64,000 nt of DNA from Erysipelotrichaceae bacterium. GTDB lineage: Bacteria; Bacillota_I; Bacilli_A; RFN20; CAG-449. The translations under genes and the position numbers were made by a program. The notes under the pieces are model-generated. The model saw nothing but the letters and a program-made list of their open reading frames with translations, searched no databases and was not told the DNA's origin. Within the stretch, counting starts at the first letter, position 1. Each line of letters starts with the position of its first letter. Positions 1 to 9,807 of the stretch are shown here, piece by piece. Location: NCBI GenBank assembly GCA_015059095.1, contig SVBA01000005.1:30298-94297 (forward strand), written 5' to 3'.

Positions 1-458
1 TTTAATTTACCCTTATAAAATTGATCATAAATTAAAGGTATCATACCAGTTTGCCAGTCATGAATATGGAGAATTTCAAAAGCTAATTCCATTTCATAAA
101 TCATTTGAACTGAAGCTAATTGGAAGAACGCAAATCTCTCTTGATCATCTAAATAACCATATGGTTTTTCTCTATCAAAATAGAAATCATTATTAATAAA
201 ATAATAAGTAATTCCTTGATAAATAGTTTTATAAATATCACATTGGAGTTTTCTCCAAGCCATTCTGACTTCAAAAGTCGAAACTTTTTCAATATTTAAT
301 CCAAGCTTATTTTCCCTAATATTACGATAATAAGGCATTGTAATAGATGTAGGAATCTTATATACTACCATCTTTCTAGAAAGTGAATATGTAACATCCC
401 CTAATCCGCCAACTTTAAGGAAAGGTTTAGCTTCGGAAGTTATCATATTAACTCTCAT
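1..458 (-). CDS. glgA: Glycogen synthase, 5' part (runs off the window edge; not in ORF track)
   Basis: Manual translation from ATG at 458: MRVNMITSEAKPFLKVGGLGDVTYSLSRK...MPYY...YFINNDFYFDREKPYGYLDDQERFAFFQ. The KxGGLGDV ADP-glucose motif is present and the start overlaps the glgD stop (TAATG). Confidence 0.95.
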   Translation of the reverse strand, partial: MRVNMITSEAKPFLKVGGLGDVTYSLSRKMVVYKIPTSITMPYYRNIRENKLGLNIEKVSTFEVRMAWRKLQCDIYKTIYQGITYYFINNDFYFDREKPYGYLDDQERFAFFQLASVQMIYEMELAFEILHIHDWQTGMIPLIYDQFYKGKL

Positions 459-1570
459 TAGATCACATCTCCTTGTCCGACATAAAGAGGATTATCTTTA
501 GTGCCTTTTAATTCTTTTACATTAACAATTTTAGCGCCTTTATCGACGATGACATATTCTAATACTGCATCTTTAGATACTTCTGCTCCACTTAGAATAA
601 TTGAATTTCTAATCACAGCATTTTCTTTAATCTTAACATCACGACAAATTACACTATTTTCAACTTTACCATTAATAATCGCCCCATTTGAAACAAATGA
701 ATTTCTAACCCACGCATTCTTTAAATACTTTGCAGGTGGAGTATCATGTGTTTTAGTATAAATTGGCCAATCATTAGAAACAATTTTATTCAAATTTTCA
801 AAATCTAATAATGATAAACTCTTTTCAAGATAATCTTTAATAGATTTGACAATTTCAGCATATCCTTTATATTCGTAAGTATCAATTTTTAACATTGGTG
901 AAAGATAATTAATTGCATCTTTTAAATTAAAGAATTTAGATGTCTCATTTGAGAATCCTAAAATTTCCTTTAATTTATCTAAATTAATAACATATGTTTC
1001 TAAAGAAACATTAACGTCATCACTAACACCAAAATTCTTTCTAATGCCAATTAAATTACCATTAGTATTAATATCAAAAATATCTTGATCAATCCATTCA
1101 CTCTTACCATTATTTATCTTTTTATAAACACAAGTAATAACAGAATTCATTTTAATATGTTGTTCAATTACTTCATTAAAATCCATTCTATAAAGGATAT
1201 GAGCAGGAGCAACAATAACATATTTATAAGTCACTTCGTCAACTAACCATTCATTCTCGATAATGTTATTAATATCAGTATTATATAAATAATTTGATGC
1301 ATGTTTCTCGTTATAACAGATAACAGTTTTTCCTAATTTAGTATTATTTGTATAAGACATTGCATTGTCCATATGTTTAATGATACTTCTAGGTGCTTTA
1401 TTAACTAAAATACCAACCGTATTAACATTAGAATTCGAGAAATTTGATAATGCTATATCTACAAAGGCATAACGACCTAAAAAAGGAAGAGTTGCTAAAG
1501 AACGGTTTTTTGTAATTGCTCCAAGTTCTGGAGAAGTATGCATATTAACTAAACCTAAAATACGTGCCAT
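458..1570 (-). CDS. glgD: Glucose-1-phosphate adenylyltransferase, non-catalytic subunit GlgD
   Basis: RSLATLPFLGRYAFVDIALSNFSNS and C-terminal hexapeptide repeats; lacks the GGxGxRL loop; lies between glgC and glgA. Confidence 0.92.
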   Translation of the reverse strand: MARILGLVNMHTSPELGAITKNRSLATLPFLGRYAFVDIALSNFSNSNVNTVGILVNKAPRSIIKHMDNAMSYTNNTKLGKTVICYNEKHASNYLYNTDINNIIENEWLVDEVTYKYVIVAPAHILYRMDFNEVIEQHIKMNSVITCVYKKINNGKSEWIDQDIFDINTNGNLIGIRKNFGVSDDVNVSLETYVINLDKLKEILGFSNETSKFFNLKDAINYLSPMLKIDTYEYKGYAEIVKSIKDYLEKSLSLLDFENLNKIVSNDWPIYTKTHDTPPAKYLKNAWVRNSFVSNGAIINGKVENSVICRDVKIKENAVIRNSIILSGAEVSKDAVLEYVIVDKGAKIVNVKELKGTKDNPLYVGQGDVI

Positions 1571-1582
1571 ATTTATATCCTC

Positions 1583-2701
1583 CTATTTAGTAATTAATTT
1601 AATGTCGTTAACTTGTCCAATGACTTCTCTACCATCCTCAATAACAACATTATTTGCAACAATAACATTTTTTAAATGAACGTTTTTACCTATAATTGCT
1701 CCAGGCATAATGACTGAATCTTCAATTTTAGAATCTTCACCAATATGTGCACCAGTAAATAATACAGAATGATTAACTTCACCAAAAATAATTGAGCCTT
1801 GATTAATAATAGAATTAGTAACTCGAGCGTTTGGTCCAATATATTGAGGTAAAGACTTTGTATCTTCCGTATAAATTTTAAATGAGGACATATTATTATA
1901 TAAATCTAATGCTTTTTCATCGTCAATTAATTCCATATTTGCTTCCCATAAAGAAGATAATGTACCTACGTCTTTCCAATATCCATCAAATGGATAACCA
2001 TATACTCCTTTATCATTATTTAAAAAATAAGGAATAATATCTTTACCAAAATCATGAGATGAAGAAGGATTATTCGCATCTAAAACTAAAGCATCTCTTA
2101 AAGAAGAATACTTAAAGATATAAACACCCATAGATGCATTTCTAGATTCTGAAAATTTTGGTTTTTCAACAAATGAAGTAACGCGTTTAGTATCATCTAA
2201 AGTTAAAATACCAAATCTAGAAACATCTTTTTCATCGCAAGTCAAACAAGCAATTGTACATTCAGCATCAACACTCTTAGTGAAAGCCAACATCTTTGCA
2301 TAATTCATTTTATAAATATGATCTGCTGATAAAATCAAAACATATTCTGGATCAATAGAATCCATATAATCTAAATTTTGATATACTGCATCACCAGTAC
2401 CTGCATACCAATGAGAGCCATCAGCCTTTTGTCTAGGACCTAAAATAGAAAACTCTGAGTTATTACCATCAAATCCCCAATGTTTCCCTTTAGAACAATA
2501 ATTTGATAATTCTACGGATTCATATTGAGTAACTACCCCAACATCAGTTACCCCAGAATTTGCTAATGAAGAAAGAACAAAGTCAATAATACGATACTTT
2601 CCTCCAAAATGAACTGCAGGTTTACTTGTTTTCATGGTTAAAGCTTCAAGTCTAGTTCCCTTACCACCTGCTAATACGATTGCTAACATCTCATTTGCCA
2701 T
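1583..2701 (-). CDS. glgC: Glucose-1-phosphate adenylyltransferase GlgC
   Basis: VLAGGKGTRL, KPAVHFGGKYRIIDF, WYAGTGDAVYQN, FVEKP, YWKDVGT motifs. Confidence 0.96.
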   Translation of the reverse strand: MANEMLAIVLAGGKGTRLEALTMKTSKPAVHFGGKYRIIDFVLSSLANSGVTDVGVVTQYESVELSNYCSKGKHWGFDGNNSEFSILGPRQKADGSHWYAGTGDAVYQNLDYMDSIDPEYVLILSADHIYKMNYAKMLAFTKSVDAECTIACLTCDEKDVSRFGILTLDDTKRVTSFVEKPKFSESRNASMGVYIFKYSSLRDALVLDANNPSSSHDFGKDIIPYFLNNDKGVYGYPFDGYWKDVGTLSSLWEANMELIDDEKALDLYNNMSSFKIYTEDTKSLPQYIGPNARVTNSIINQGSIIFGEVNHSVLFTGAHIGEDSKIEDSVIMPGAIIGKNVHLKNVIVANNVVIEDGREVIGQVNDIKLITK

Positions 2702-3644
2702 ATTTGATCACCTCATAATTTCTTAAAATACAAATGTATAAGTTTTGAAAATCATCTACTAATTTAATAAATGAATCAATCTTTTTATCGATTGAATTAT
2801 AGGTAAGTTTTTTTCTTAAAGAGTTTGTAACTCTTAATTCCCATCCATTAATATAGATAAATACTTTATTTTTATGAATTGTTAAGACAAAATTTGAGCG
2901 AGTAAATTTTCTTAAATCATAAATTAAGGAAATAATTTTATCATTAATAATTCTATGAGTTAATTTTCCTAAATTAGTATTAATAAATAAAGGATAAGGA
3001 TATTTATCAGGATAATTAATAATAAACTTATACAATCCTTTAGAATCAATTTCTTCTAGAGAAAAATTATCTTCAAATCTAAACTCTACATAACCATCAA
3101 ACTTTTGTTCATTTTCACAAGATACTAAAAGTGCTCTTTTTTTATGATTACTCTTTGAAAATAATTGAGTAAAATTAATATTAAATATACTTTTTATAGA
3201 AAAGAGATAATCTATATTCATCTTTTTATATTTAATAACATCTTCTGCAAAATCAATAGAAGAATTTACACTAGGAAGTCTTTTTTCTAAAAGATAGATT
3301 TCATTAAGCTTTAATTCTTCAAAAAATTCATTTAAATAATCCTTTTGATATTTAGTATTATTAACATAATATGAAATTAAAATGACTACAATATTAATTA
3401 ATACTACTAAAGAAATACCAGCAATATTAATGATCATTTGTAATTTTTTATTACTATCAATAAACAAAATATCAAAATGTTTTTTTATCCATGCACAATA
3501 TTCAAAATTGAAATATTGGCTAGATAAATAAAGAAAAAGAATTGCTAAAGTTAACATCATAAAAATAACGATAGCAAATACGTGTCTAGAGATATATCTA
3601 GATTTAATTGATTTAACTTTTCGTGTTGCGTTACTTGTTTTCAT
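2691..3644 (-). CDS. Hypothetical membrane protein (2 N-terminal TM helices, soluble C-terminal domain); first gene of the glg operon
   Basis: 317-aa ORF with two hydrophobic segments; 3' end overlaps the glgC start. Confidence 0.6.
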   Translation of the reverse strand: MKTSNATRKVKSIKSRYISRHVFAIVIFMMLTLAILFLYLSSQYFNFEYCAWIKKHFDILFIDSNKKLQMIINIAGISLVVLINIVVILISYYVNNTKYQKDYLNEFFEELKLNEIYLLEKRLPSVNSSIDFAEDVIKYKKMNIDYLFSIKSIFNINFTQLFSKSNHKKRALLVSCENEQKFDGYVEFRFEDNFSLEEIDSKGLYKFIINYPDKYPYPLFINTNLGKLTHRIINDKIISLIYDLRKFTRSNFVLTIHKNKVFIYINGWELRVTNSLRKKLTYNSIDKKIDSFIKLVDDFQNLYICILRNYEVIKYGK

Positions 3645-3665
3645 ATGTATAGTCCTAACAATTAT

Positions 3666-3693
3666 ATTATATCATAAAGATAAATTTTGAAAA
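3666..3693 (-). promoter_or_regulatory. Putative sigma-A promoter of the hyp-glgCDA operon
   Basis: Minus strand TTTTCA-16 nt-TATAAT with extended -10 (TGATATAAT). Confidence 0.5.
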
Positions 3694-3727
3694 GACCCAT
3701 TTTTTTCGAATTTCGAAAAAATCGAAT

Positions 3728-3755
3728 AAAAAAATAGGCTTTACAGCCTATTTTC
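3728..3755 (-). terminator. Rho-independent terminator after the jetABC/small membrane gene unit
   Basis: Inverted repeat AAAATAGGC-tttaca-GCCTATTTT followed by a T run on the minus strand, right after the stop at 3755. Confidence 0.75.
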
Positions 3756-4204
3756 TAAAAATCATCCTCGTATCTTCTAGTTTTCTTTCTCTTTCTTCTC
3801 TTCTTAAAGATAGCTAAGAATAATAACCATAAGATTGCATAAAGAGCTAATGGGAACCAAGTTGCACCTAAAATTGTTTTTTGCCATAAATCAACACCTG
3901 GAGCAATTAAGCTTAATAAATCCATAATTGTTTTATGAACAGAAACTTCAAATGGTAACATGAATGCTTCAAAACCTTGAGCGATTGGATTAACAATAGC
4001 ATTTGATGTAACAAAAGAAGAAACAACTTCAAATGTCATAGCAAATCTATATCCAAAGAAAAGTAATGGTAATAACCAAATAGAAGCCCAAATACCTCTA
4101 TATTTAGCAAAGAATAATAAAATCAATAATGGAACGATAAGACCAACTAAAAGTCCAACGTTTGCCATAACAAATATATCACTAATAGTAATTAATAAAT
4201 TCAT
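3755..4204 (-). CDS. Hypothetical small membrane protein (about 3 TM helices, basic C-tail)
   Basis: 149-aa hydrophobic ORF ending KKRRKRKKTRRYEDDF; has an RBS and its own promoter-like site. Confidence 0.65.
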   Translation of the reverse strand: MNLLITISDIFVMANVGLLVGLIVPLLILLFFAKYRGIWASIWLLPLLFFGYRFAMTFEVVSSFVTSNAIVNPIAQGFEAFMLPFEVSVHKTIMDLLSLIAPGVDLWQKTILGATWFPLALYAILWLLFLAIFKKRRKRKKTRRYEDDF

Positions 4205-4227
4205 AAAAATAACCTTCCCTTTTTTAT

Positions 4228-4256
4228 ATTATATAAATTTCGTTTATACTTTACAA
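4228..4256 (-). promoter_or_regulatory. Sigma-A promoter of the 149-aa membrane protein gene
   Basis: Minus strand TTGTAA-17 nt-TATAAT immediately after the jetC stop. Confidence 0.6.
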
Positions 4257-4258
4257 CA

Positions 4259-7200
4259 TTATTTTCTAATTTCGAAAGTATCAACGAACGAACGTGAGTT
4301 TTGTCTATTAACTAGTAATGTCTTATCAACTAATTTTGCTAAATCAGAGACTTTTTCACTTGGCGCAGATAAGATTACTTGTAATCCGAAGTTCTTTAAG
4401 ATTTTAATAGATTCTATAATACGAGTTGAGTCCATTTTCGAGAAAGCTTCATCGAAAATTACTAATCTAATACAGTTTGATAAAGTACCTGATTGTCTAA
4501 TACGATAAAGTTGAGAGAATGAAGCTAATATAGAAACGTAGAATGGAGTTTGAGTTTCACCACCTGATTGCTTCTTAATATTTTTTGCTAACGAATAAGC
4601 TTTACCTTCACCTTTTTTGACTAACATATCAAACATTAAGTAAGTTCTATAATCAGTGAATTTAACAACGTTTTGTTCTAATACACTATTTTGATCTTTA
4701 CTAGAAGATACATCACCTATTAATTTAAATAAAGATGACATAACTTCTTGATATTTTTCAAAATATGTATTTTCATCTTCACCATACGATAATAATAAAT
4801 CATCAGTAATCATATCATAATATTCACGATATTGAGGAGCAGGAGTAACAACAAATTGATAAGAGTCATTACCAAATTGTGCATCTTTTAAAGCATCATT
4901 CAAATCATCAATTTGAGTTCTAACTGCTTCAATCGATGTCTTTAATTTGAAGATGAAGTCATCTTTAAATTCTTTTGTTGCTTTATTGTAAGCATCAATA
5001 ATCTTTTCTTGATACTCTGGTAATTTAACATCGCGTAGTAAAGTCAAATCATTTTCAAAATCATCATTATTTTCTTTTGTGATATCATAAGATAATTTGT
5101 AAGTTAAACAATATTCTCTTCTTAATTCATTCATCGAATTAAATTGACGTCTAATTGCATTTTGACTTCTAATGAATAAATCTTCATAATCCGTTCTAAT
5201 TGCAACTAGTGATCTACCAGAAGATAATTCTTCATTAAATTTAGGAAGAGCAATTTCATCAACAAATTGTTGATCGAAATTTTCTTTAATTTCACTTAAT
5301 ACTAAATTAGAATGTTCGATTTGTTGAGGAATTTTTTCTTCGTTGATGATACGAATATTACTTAGTAGAGAACCTCTTTCGATTGCTAAAGCTTGTTTAT
5401 CATCTTCTAAATTCTTAATATCTTGATCAATTTTTACAATTCTATTTTCAATAGAAGCAACTTCTAAAGAACCAGAATTATCTAATTCTTCTTGATATCT
5501 TTCTAAATTAGTCTTTAATCCAGGAAGAGTAGAAGCTTCTTCAAATACTTTACTTGCTTGAGTTACTTCATATGGATTTAATTGAGCTAGCTTATTAACT
5601 CCACTTAAGGTTTCATTTAAAGTTCTTAATAAAGTAATTAAACCTTCATTTTCATCAACTTCTAATTGTTTAGCTCTCATTACCTCTTGAGAAACTTTTC
5701 TACCAATTAATGGATATTGATAATTTTTAGGTGGTATAGTTTGACCAGCATAACCTTGATATAAATCACAATCAGGAGTAATGCCTCTACCAGATTCTCT
5801 AGCTTCAGCAAAAGTTTCACACTTAATTAATCTACCTAATAAGAAATTCGAATAATCTCTAGCACCTTGATGATCGGTAACAATTTCTTCCGCTAAAGAA
5901 TTATAGTCTTTAGTAATATTCGCTTTTCTTAACTTTTCAGAGTCCACTAAAATTGTGCGGTAATAATTAAGATTTTTACAAATATCTTTAAATACTCTAT
6001 AAGCAGTTTCATAGTATTCTTCATCGACAAATAAAGACAATTTTTGAGTGTTTAAATATCCTTCAACCGCTTTTACCCATCTAGGAGTTTTAATGTCCAC
6101 TAAATCAGCATAAATATAAACTTTAACTTGTTTATTATAATAATCGGATAAACGATGTTCTAACTCACTTCTTAATCTAGTAAGTTGATAATCATACATC
6201 TTACCACCATTTTTCATATCTGCGACTTGTTGTTTAGCAAAATTATGAGATGAAATTAAATCAGCAAGTGAACTTCTAATATTTAATGAAACATCTAAAA
6301 CATTTTCCTTAAATGATGTAATCGCATCTTGGAAAGAAGTAACTACTTTAGAATCCATATTTTCGATTGAATCAAAGACATTTTTAAATTCTTCACTCTT
6401 GGAAATCATATTTTCACTAGATTCAATCAAATTATCAACATCTTTTTTAAATCGAGAATATACTCTATTTTCCTTAATTGCTGTCGCTAAAGTGTTAATA
6501 TTTTTAGCAGCACTATGATAATTTGAAATATATGATGAGAAGTTAGATCTAATTGTAATTAGATTATCTTCAATTTCTTGAATTTTTCTTTCTGTTTGTT
6601 CTTTAGCATTATTTAATTCACTAGTTAATTGATATGCTCCAGAAGAAACTTTTTGAGCAATTAAACTTTCTTTTGTTTTATTTAATGATTCTAAACTAGC
6701 ATCAATACTTTCTAATTCCTTAACAATTTCTTCTAATCTTGCTTCAGAAGAAGCAACATCTTTTTGTAAATTAGAAATTTGATTTAAATATACTTGATAA
6801 GTTAATCTTTTAGAAATATAAGAAGCTAAATTTAATTCTAATTTCTTTTGTTTGAATTCTTCATAATATCTATGAATTTCTTCTAATCTAGAAATTTTAA
6901 CTTTCATATTATCTGCTTCAATTTCTAAACGTTTATATTGTTGAATATTATTTCTCATAGATTCAACGTTAATTTCAGAAGGAACATCACAAACATATTC
7001 AGTTAAAAATTGTTCAATATTTGTAATTGGAGTAAATGATACTGCCTTTTTAAATAATGAGAAATATTTATCTTTAATTCCCCCAAATACATCTTTAATC
7101 TTATCTTGATATTGTGCATTAGTATCTGCAAACCAATACTCACTTGGACGATAATTTAAAGAAAAATATTCATTTAATTGCTTATAAGACATTGGTACTT

Positions 7201-7627
7201 GTAGTGTGCAGAAATCATTTTCTGGAATTTTATCTTGAAGAATAAAGAAATGATGTTCTTCACTTGAATCTTCATAAATATCAAATACAATACCAGTACA
7301 GAAATGACTATCTGTTGTATCATCATACCATTCTAAAACGATATATGATGAGAAACGACCATTTCTTAAATATTTAAATGAACCTTCCCCATCATCACCA
7401 ATTTCACCTTTTAAGTAACCTTTTAATGTACGACCAGCTTTTTCACTAGCAGCCTTATTAAATTGTCTACCAGAAGTATCACCTAATAATACTACTTGCA
7501 TTGCGTCAATCAAAGTAGATTTACCAGCAGCATTTTGTCCAGTTAAAAAGTTAACTTGATCTAGTTCAAATGTTGTATTGTAGAAATAGTGCCAATTGAT
7601 GATACGTACTTTAACTAATTTTTTCAT
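4259..7627 (-). CDS. jetC: SMC-family ATPase, JetC/MksB-like
   Basis: N-terminal Walker A LTGQNAAGKSTLIDA, long coiled coils, signature QSGGETQ, Walker B LVIFDEAF; 1122 aa; downstream of JetA/JetB-like genes. Confidence 0.85.
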   Translation of the reverse strand: MKKLVKVRIINWHYFYNTTFELDQVNFLTGQNAAGKSTLIDAMQVVLLGDTSGRQFNKAASEKAGRTLKGYLKGEIGDDGEGSFKYLRNGRFSSYIVLEWYDDTTDSHFCTGIVFDIYEDSSEEHHFFILQDKIPENDFCTLQVPMSYKQLNEYFSLNYRPSEYWFADTNAQYQDKIKDVFGGIKDKYFSLFKKAVSFTPITNIEQFLTEYVCDVPSEINVESMRNNIQQYKRLEIEADNMKVKISRLEEIHRYYEEFKQKKLELNLASYISKRLTYQVYLNQISNLQKDVASSEARLEEIVKELESIDASLESLNKTKESLIAQKVSSGAYQLTSELNNAKEQTERKIQEIEDNLITIRSNFSSYISNYHSAAKNINTLATAIKENRVYSRFKKDVDNLIESSENMISKSEEFKNVFDSIENMDSKVVTSFQDAITSFKENVLDVSLNIRSSLADLISSHNFAKQQVADMKNGGKMYDYQLTRLRSELEHRLSDYYNKQVKVYIYADLVDIKTPRWVKAVEGYLNTQKLSLFVDEEYYETAYRVFKDICKNLNYYRTILVDSEKLRKANITKDYNSLAEEIVTDHQGARDYSNFLLGRLIKCETFAEARESGRGITPDCDLYQGYAGQTIPPKNYQYPLIGRKVSQEVMRAKQLEVDENEGLITLLRTLNETLSGVNKLAQLNPYEVTQASKVFEEASTLPGLKTNLERYQEELDNSGSLEVASIENRIVKIDQDIKNLEDDKQALAIERGSLLSNIRIINEEKIPQQIEHSNLVLSEIKENFDQQFVDEIALPKFNEELSSGRSLVAIRTDYEDLFIRSQNAIRRQFNSMNELRREYCLTYKLSYDITKENNDDFENDLTLLRDVKLPEYQEKIIDAYNKATKEFKDDFIFKLKTSIEAVRTQIDDLNDALKDAQFGNDSYQFVVTPAPQYREYYDMITDDLLLSYGEDENTYFEKYQEVMSSLFKLIGDVSSSKDQNSVLEQNVVKFTDYRTYLMFDMLVKKGEGKAYSLAKNIKKQSGGETQTPFYVSILASFSQLYRIRQSGTLSNCIRLVIFDEAFSKMDSTRIIESIKILKNFGLQVILSAPSEKVSDLAKLVDKTLLVNRQNSRSFVDTFEIRK

Positions 7628-7638
7628 TTGTGCACCTC

Positions 7639-8253
7639 CTAGAACATATCTTGACCGTATTTTTCAATTTGGTCGAAGATAACATTAATTCTATCAATAT
7701 CGATAATATAAAGAATAGAAGGTAAAATATAGAAAGTTAAACTTCTATCTCTAAATTCACCACTAACTCTTGAAATAATATTGTGATTTTCTAAGAAACG
7801 ATATGATGAAGCCATTGCAACTGCACTTGGTTTCTTATCTTGTTTAATAAGACCCTTTTCAATTAATATTTGTAATAATTCAGCAGCAGAGAAATATACT
7901 TCAGTAGTCATTTCTTCTTTTTCTTTTGATAATTCATACGCATATCTTAATCCATATACAATAATTGAAGTTAAGAAGTCAATTCTAATATGGTTATCTT
8001 GATATTCATTATTAATCATAACAACTCCAAGACGAGAGTCTTTTTCAATTGTCCATCCTGAAAATTCAAGATATTCACGAATCATATCGATATTTCTTTC
8101 AATAAAAGAATAATCTCTATTTGACTTCATCATTTTGGAATGGCGATCATAATTTTCACGAAGAATGAATGATTTTAACATTAAGTTATTAACTACACGT
8201 GCAAAATCATCTTTTTCTTGGTTTGATAATTGTAGGTATTTTTCTTCAAACAT
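7639..8253 (-). CDS. jetB: JetB/MksE-like KITE subunit (DUF4194-like)
   Basis: 204 aa, middle gene of the A-B-C cassette; DUF4194-like pattern (YLEFSGWTI..DSRLGVV; FYILPSILY). Confidence 0.75.
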   Translation of the reverse strand: MFEEKYLQLSNQEKDDFARVVNNLMLKSFILRENYDRHSKMMKSNRDYSFIERNIDMIREYLEFSGWTIEKDSRLGVVMINNEYQDNHIRIDFLTSIIVYGLRYAYELSKEKEEMTTEVYFSAAELLQILIEKGLIKQDKKPSAVAMASSYRFLENHNIISRVSGEFRDRSLTFYILPSILYIIDIDRINVIFDQIEKYGQDMF

Positions 8254-8254
8254 A

Positions 8255-9694
8255 CTATTCTCCTTTCTTTACATATGAATAGTTAGGCATTTCATATTTT
8301 TCATCTTTAGTAATTCTTTCGATATTTTCTGGACGAACATAGTTATAGAAAGAATGACGAGAATCAGCTTTTACTGTTCCTAAAATTACCATTATGAAAT
8401 CCTCAACAGATTTTACAGGAATCTTTTTAACATCGATTTCCTTATTGTCTTTAAATGCCTTAGCCATAAATTCCATGACTCTCTCATCACTATATTGATC
8501 CATAATATCTAGTAATGATTGCATTAATCCTTCATTAACTTCATGATTGAAATCATCTAATTGCATTGGATCTCCATCAATTCTAGATGATTTTCTAAAT
8601 GGCTTAGTCAATGAATCAGAATCGATATATCCTTGTTGATATAACATTATAGAGTTATTAATATCTCTAACTATACCTGGATATACTTTTCCTTTATCTT
8701 CACCATTAATAACTTTAGCTAAACTTAAGAAAATTGTTTCTAATTTACCTTTAATAGTTTTGTCTGAGTTATTAAGATAAATCACTTTTTCAGTAGTTGC
8801 TTTAGTATAAGATGATTGAGCTTTATCAATTTCATCCATTTCAAGTGCTAACTTAGCATATGTATCTTGAATGTAGTTAATCTTTTTAACAATATCTTTT
8901 TCAGCATCTTGACGATCTTTTAAACTTCTATTTAAGATTAAAGCTTGATCAATTAATTTATTTCTAACTTCTTCATTTAATAACCATCTTTTTAAAATAC
9001 TAGAAATTGGTCCATTATATAAAATGATAGAATCATTTGTCTTTAAAGGATGATAAATAGGATCAACAACATCTTCTCTTGCAATATCAAAGTGTTGAGT
9101 TAAAACTTCATTTGGAGAGAAGATATTAGATAATTGTTTATGGAATACTCTAATTGAATGATCTAATTTAGTGACTTCTAGTTCTAAGTCTCTAGTTTTA
9201 TTTGTTGCATTCATTAAAGTACGGTACATAAATTCAGATTGATTTTCATCTTCCATTTGTAAATCAGCATATGTTGAATGAACAAAAGAAATATACTTAG
9301 ATTCATTATCTGACATAAATTCATAAACAAGTTTTAACATACTGATTGAATAAGATGGAAGAAGAATATATTCTGCACCTGATTTAATTTCAGTATCTAT
9401 AACAATCCAACCAGTTTCTACTAATCTTCTAACAATTAAATTAGCCTTTGCAGCAAGTGTTGGTTCATAAATGATTGGTGAATCTTCATCAAAATCATCT
9501 TCTTCTAAAATTAATGAAGAGATTTCTTGTTCACCTCTACTTCTTAAAAGATCTAAATAATCTGATTTTCTAATACGATTATGGTATAAAATTAATGCAT
9601 CGTATAAAGTAACGAGTGCAAGACCATAAATGTTTTTATTTCTCGATGATAAGATGCTAAAGAAATTATCTGGTATCTTACTAAATAAATTCAT
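8255..9694 (-). CDS. jetA: JetA/MksF-like kleisin subunit (DUF5716-like)
   Basis: About 480 aa; N-terminus MNLFSKIPDNFFSILSS.NK.IY and LVETGWI motif. The second ATG (9694) is correctly spaced from the GGAGG RBS. Confidence 0.75.
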   Translation of the reverse strand: MNLFSKIPDNFFSILSSRNKNIYGLALVTLYDALILYHNRIRKSDYLDLLRSRGEQEISSLILEEDDFDEDSPIIYEPTLAAKANLIVRRLVETGWIVIDTEIKSGAEYILLPSYSISMLKLVYEFMSDNESKYISFVHSTYADLQMEDENQSEFMYRTLMNATNKTRDLELEVTKLDHSIRVFHKQLSNIFSPNEVLTQHFDIAREDVVDPIYHPLKTNDSIILYNGPISSILKRWLLNEEVRNKLIDQALILNRSLKDRQDAEKDIVKKINYIQDTYAKLALEMDEIDKAQSSYTKATTEKVIYLNNSDKTIKGKLETIFLSLAKVINGEDKGKVYPGIVRDINNSIMLYQQGYIDSDSLTKPFRKSSRIDGDPMQLDDFNHEVNEGLMQSLLDIMDQYSDERVMEFMAKAFKDNKEIDVKKIPVKSVEDFIMVILGTVKADSRHSFYNYVRPENIERITKDEKYEMPNYSYVKKGE

Positions 9695-9749
9695 TTTCAT
9701 CCTCCTTTTCTAAAGCAATACAAAAAGTAGACATAAGTGCTCTTTTAAT

Positions 9750-9778
9750 ATTTTATATTAAAAAACTACATTTTTCAA
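9750..9778 (-). promoter_or_regulatory. Sigma-A promoter of jetABC, overlapping the plsC terminator
   Basis: Minus strand TTGAAA-17 nt-TAAAAT. Confidence 0.5.
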
Positions 9779-9788
9779 TGTAGTTTTA
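9761..9788 (-). terminator. Terminator after plsC
   Basis: AAAACTACA-ttgaaaaa-TGTAGTTTT hairpin plus T run on the minus strand. Confidence 0.6.
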
Positions 9789-9807
9789 ATTTTATTGATA
9801 TAATTCA

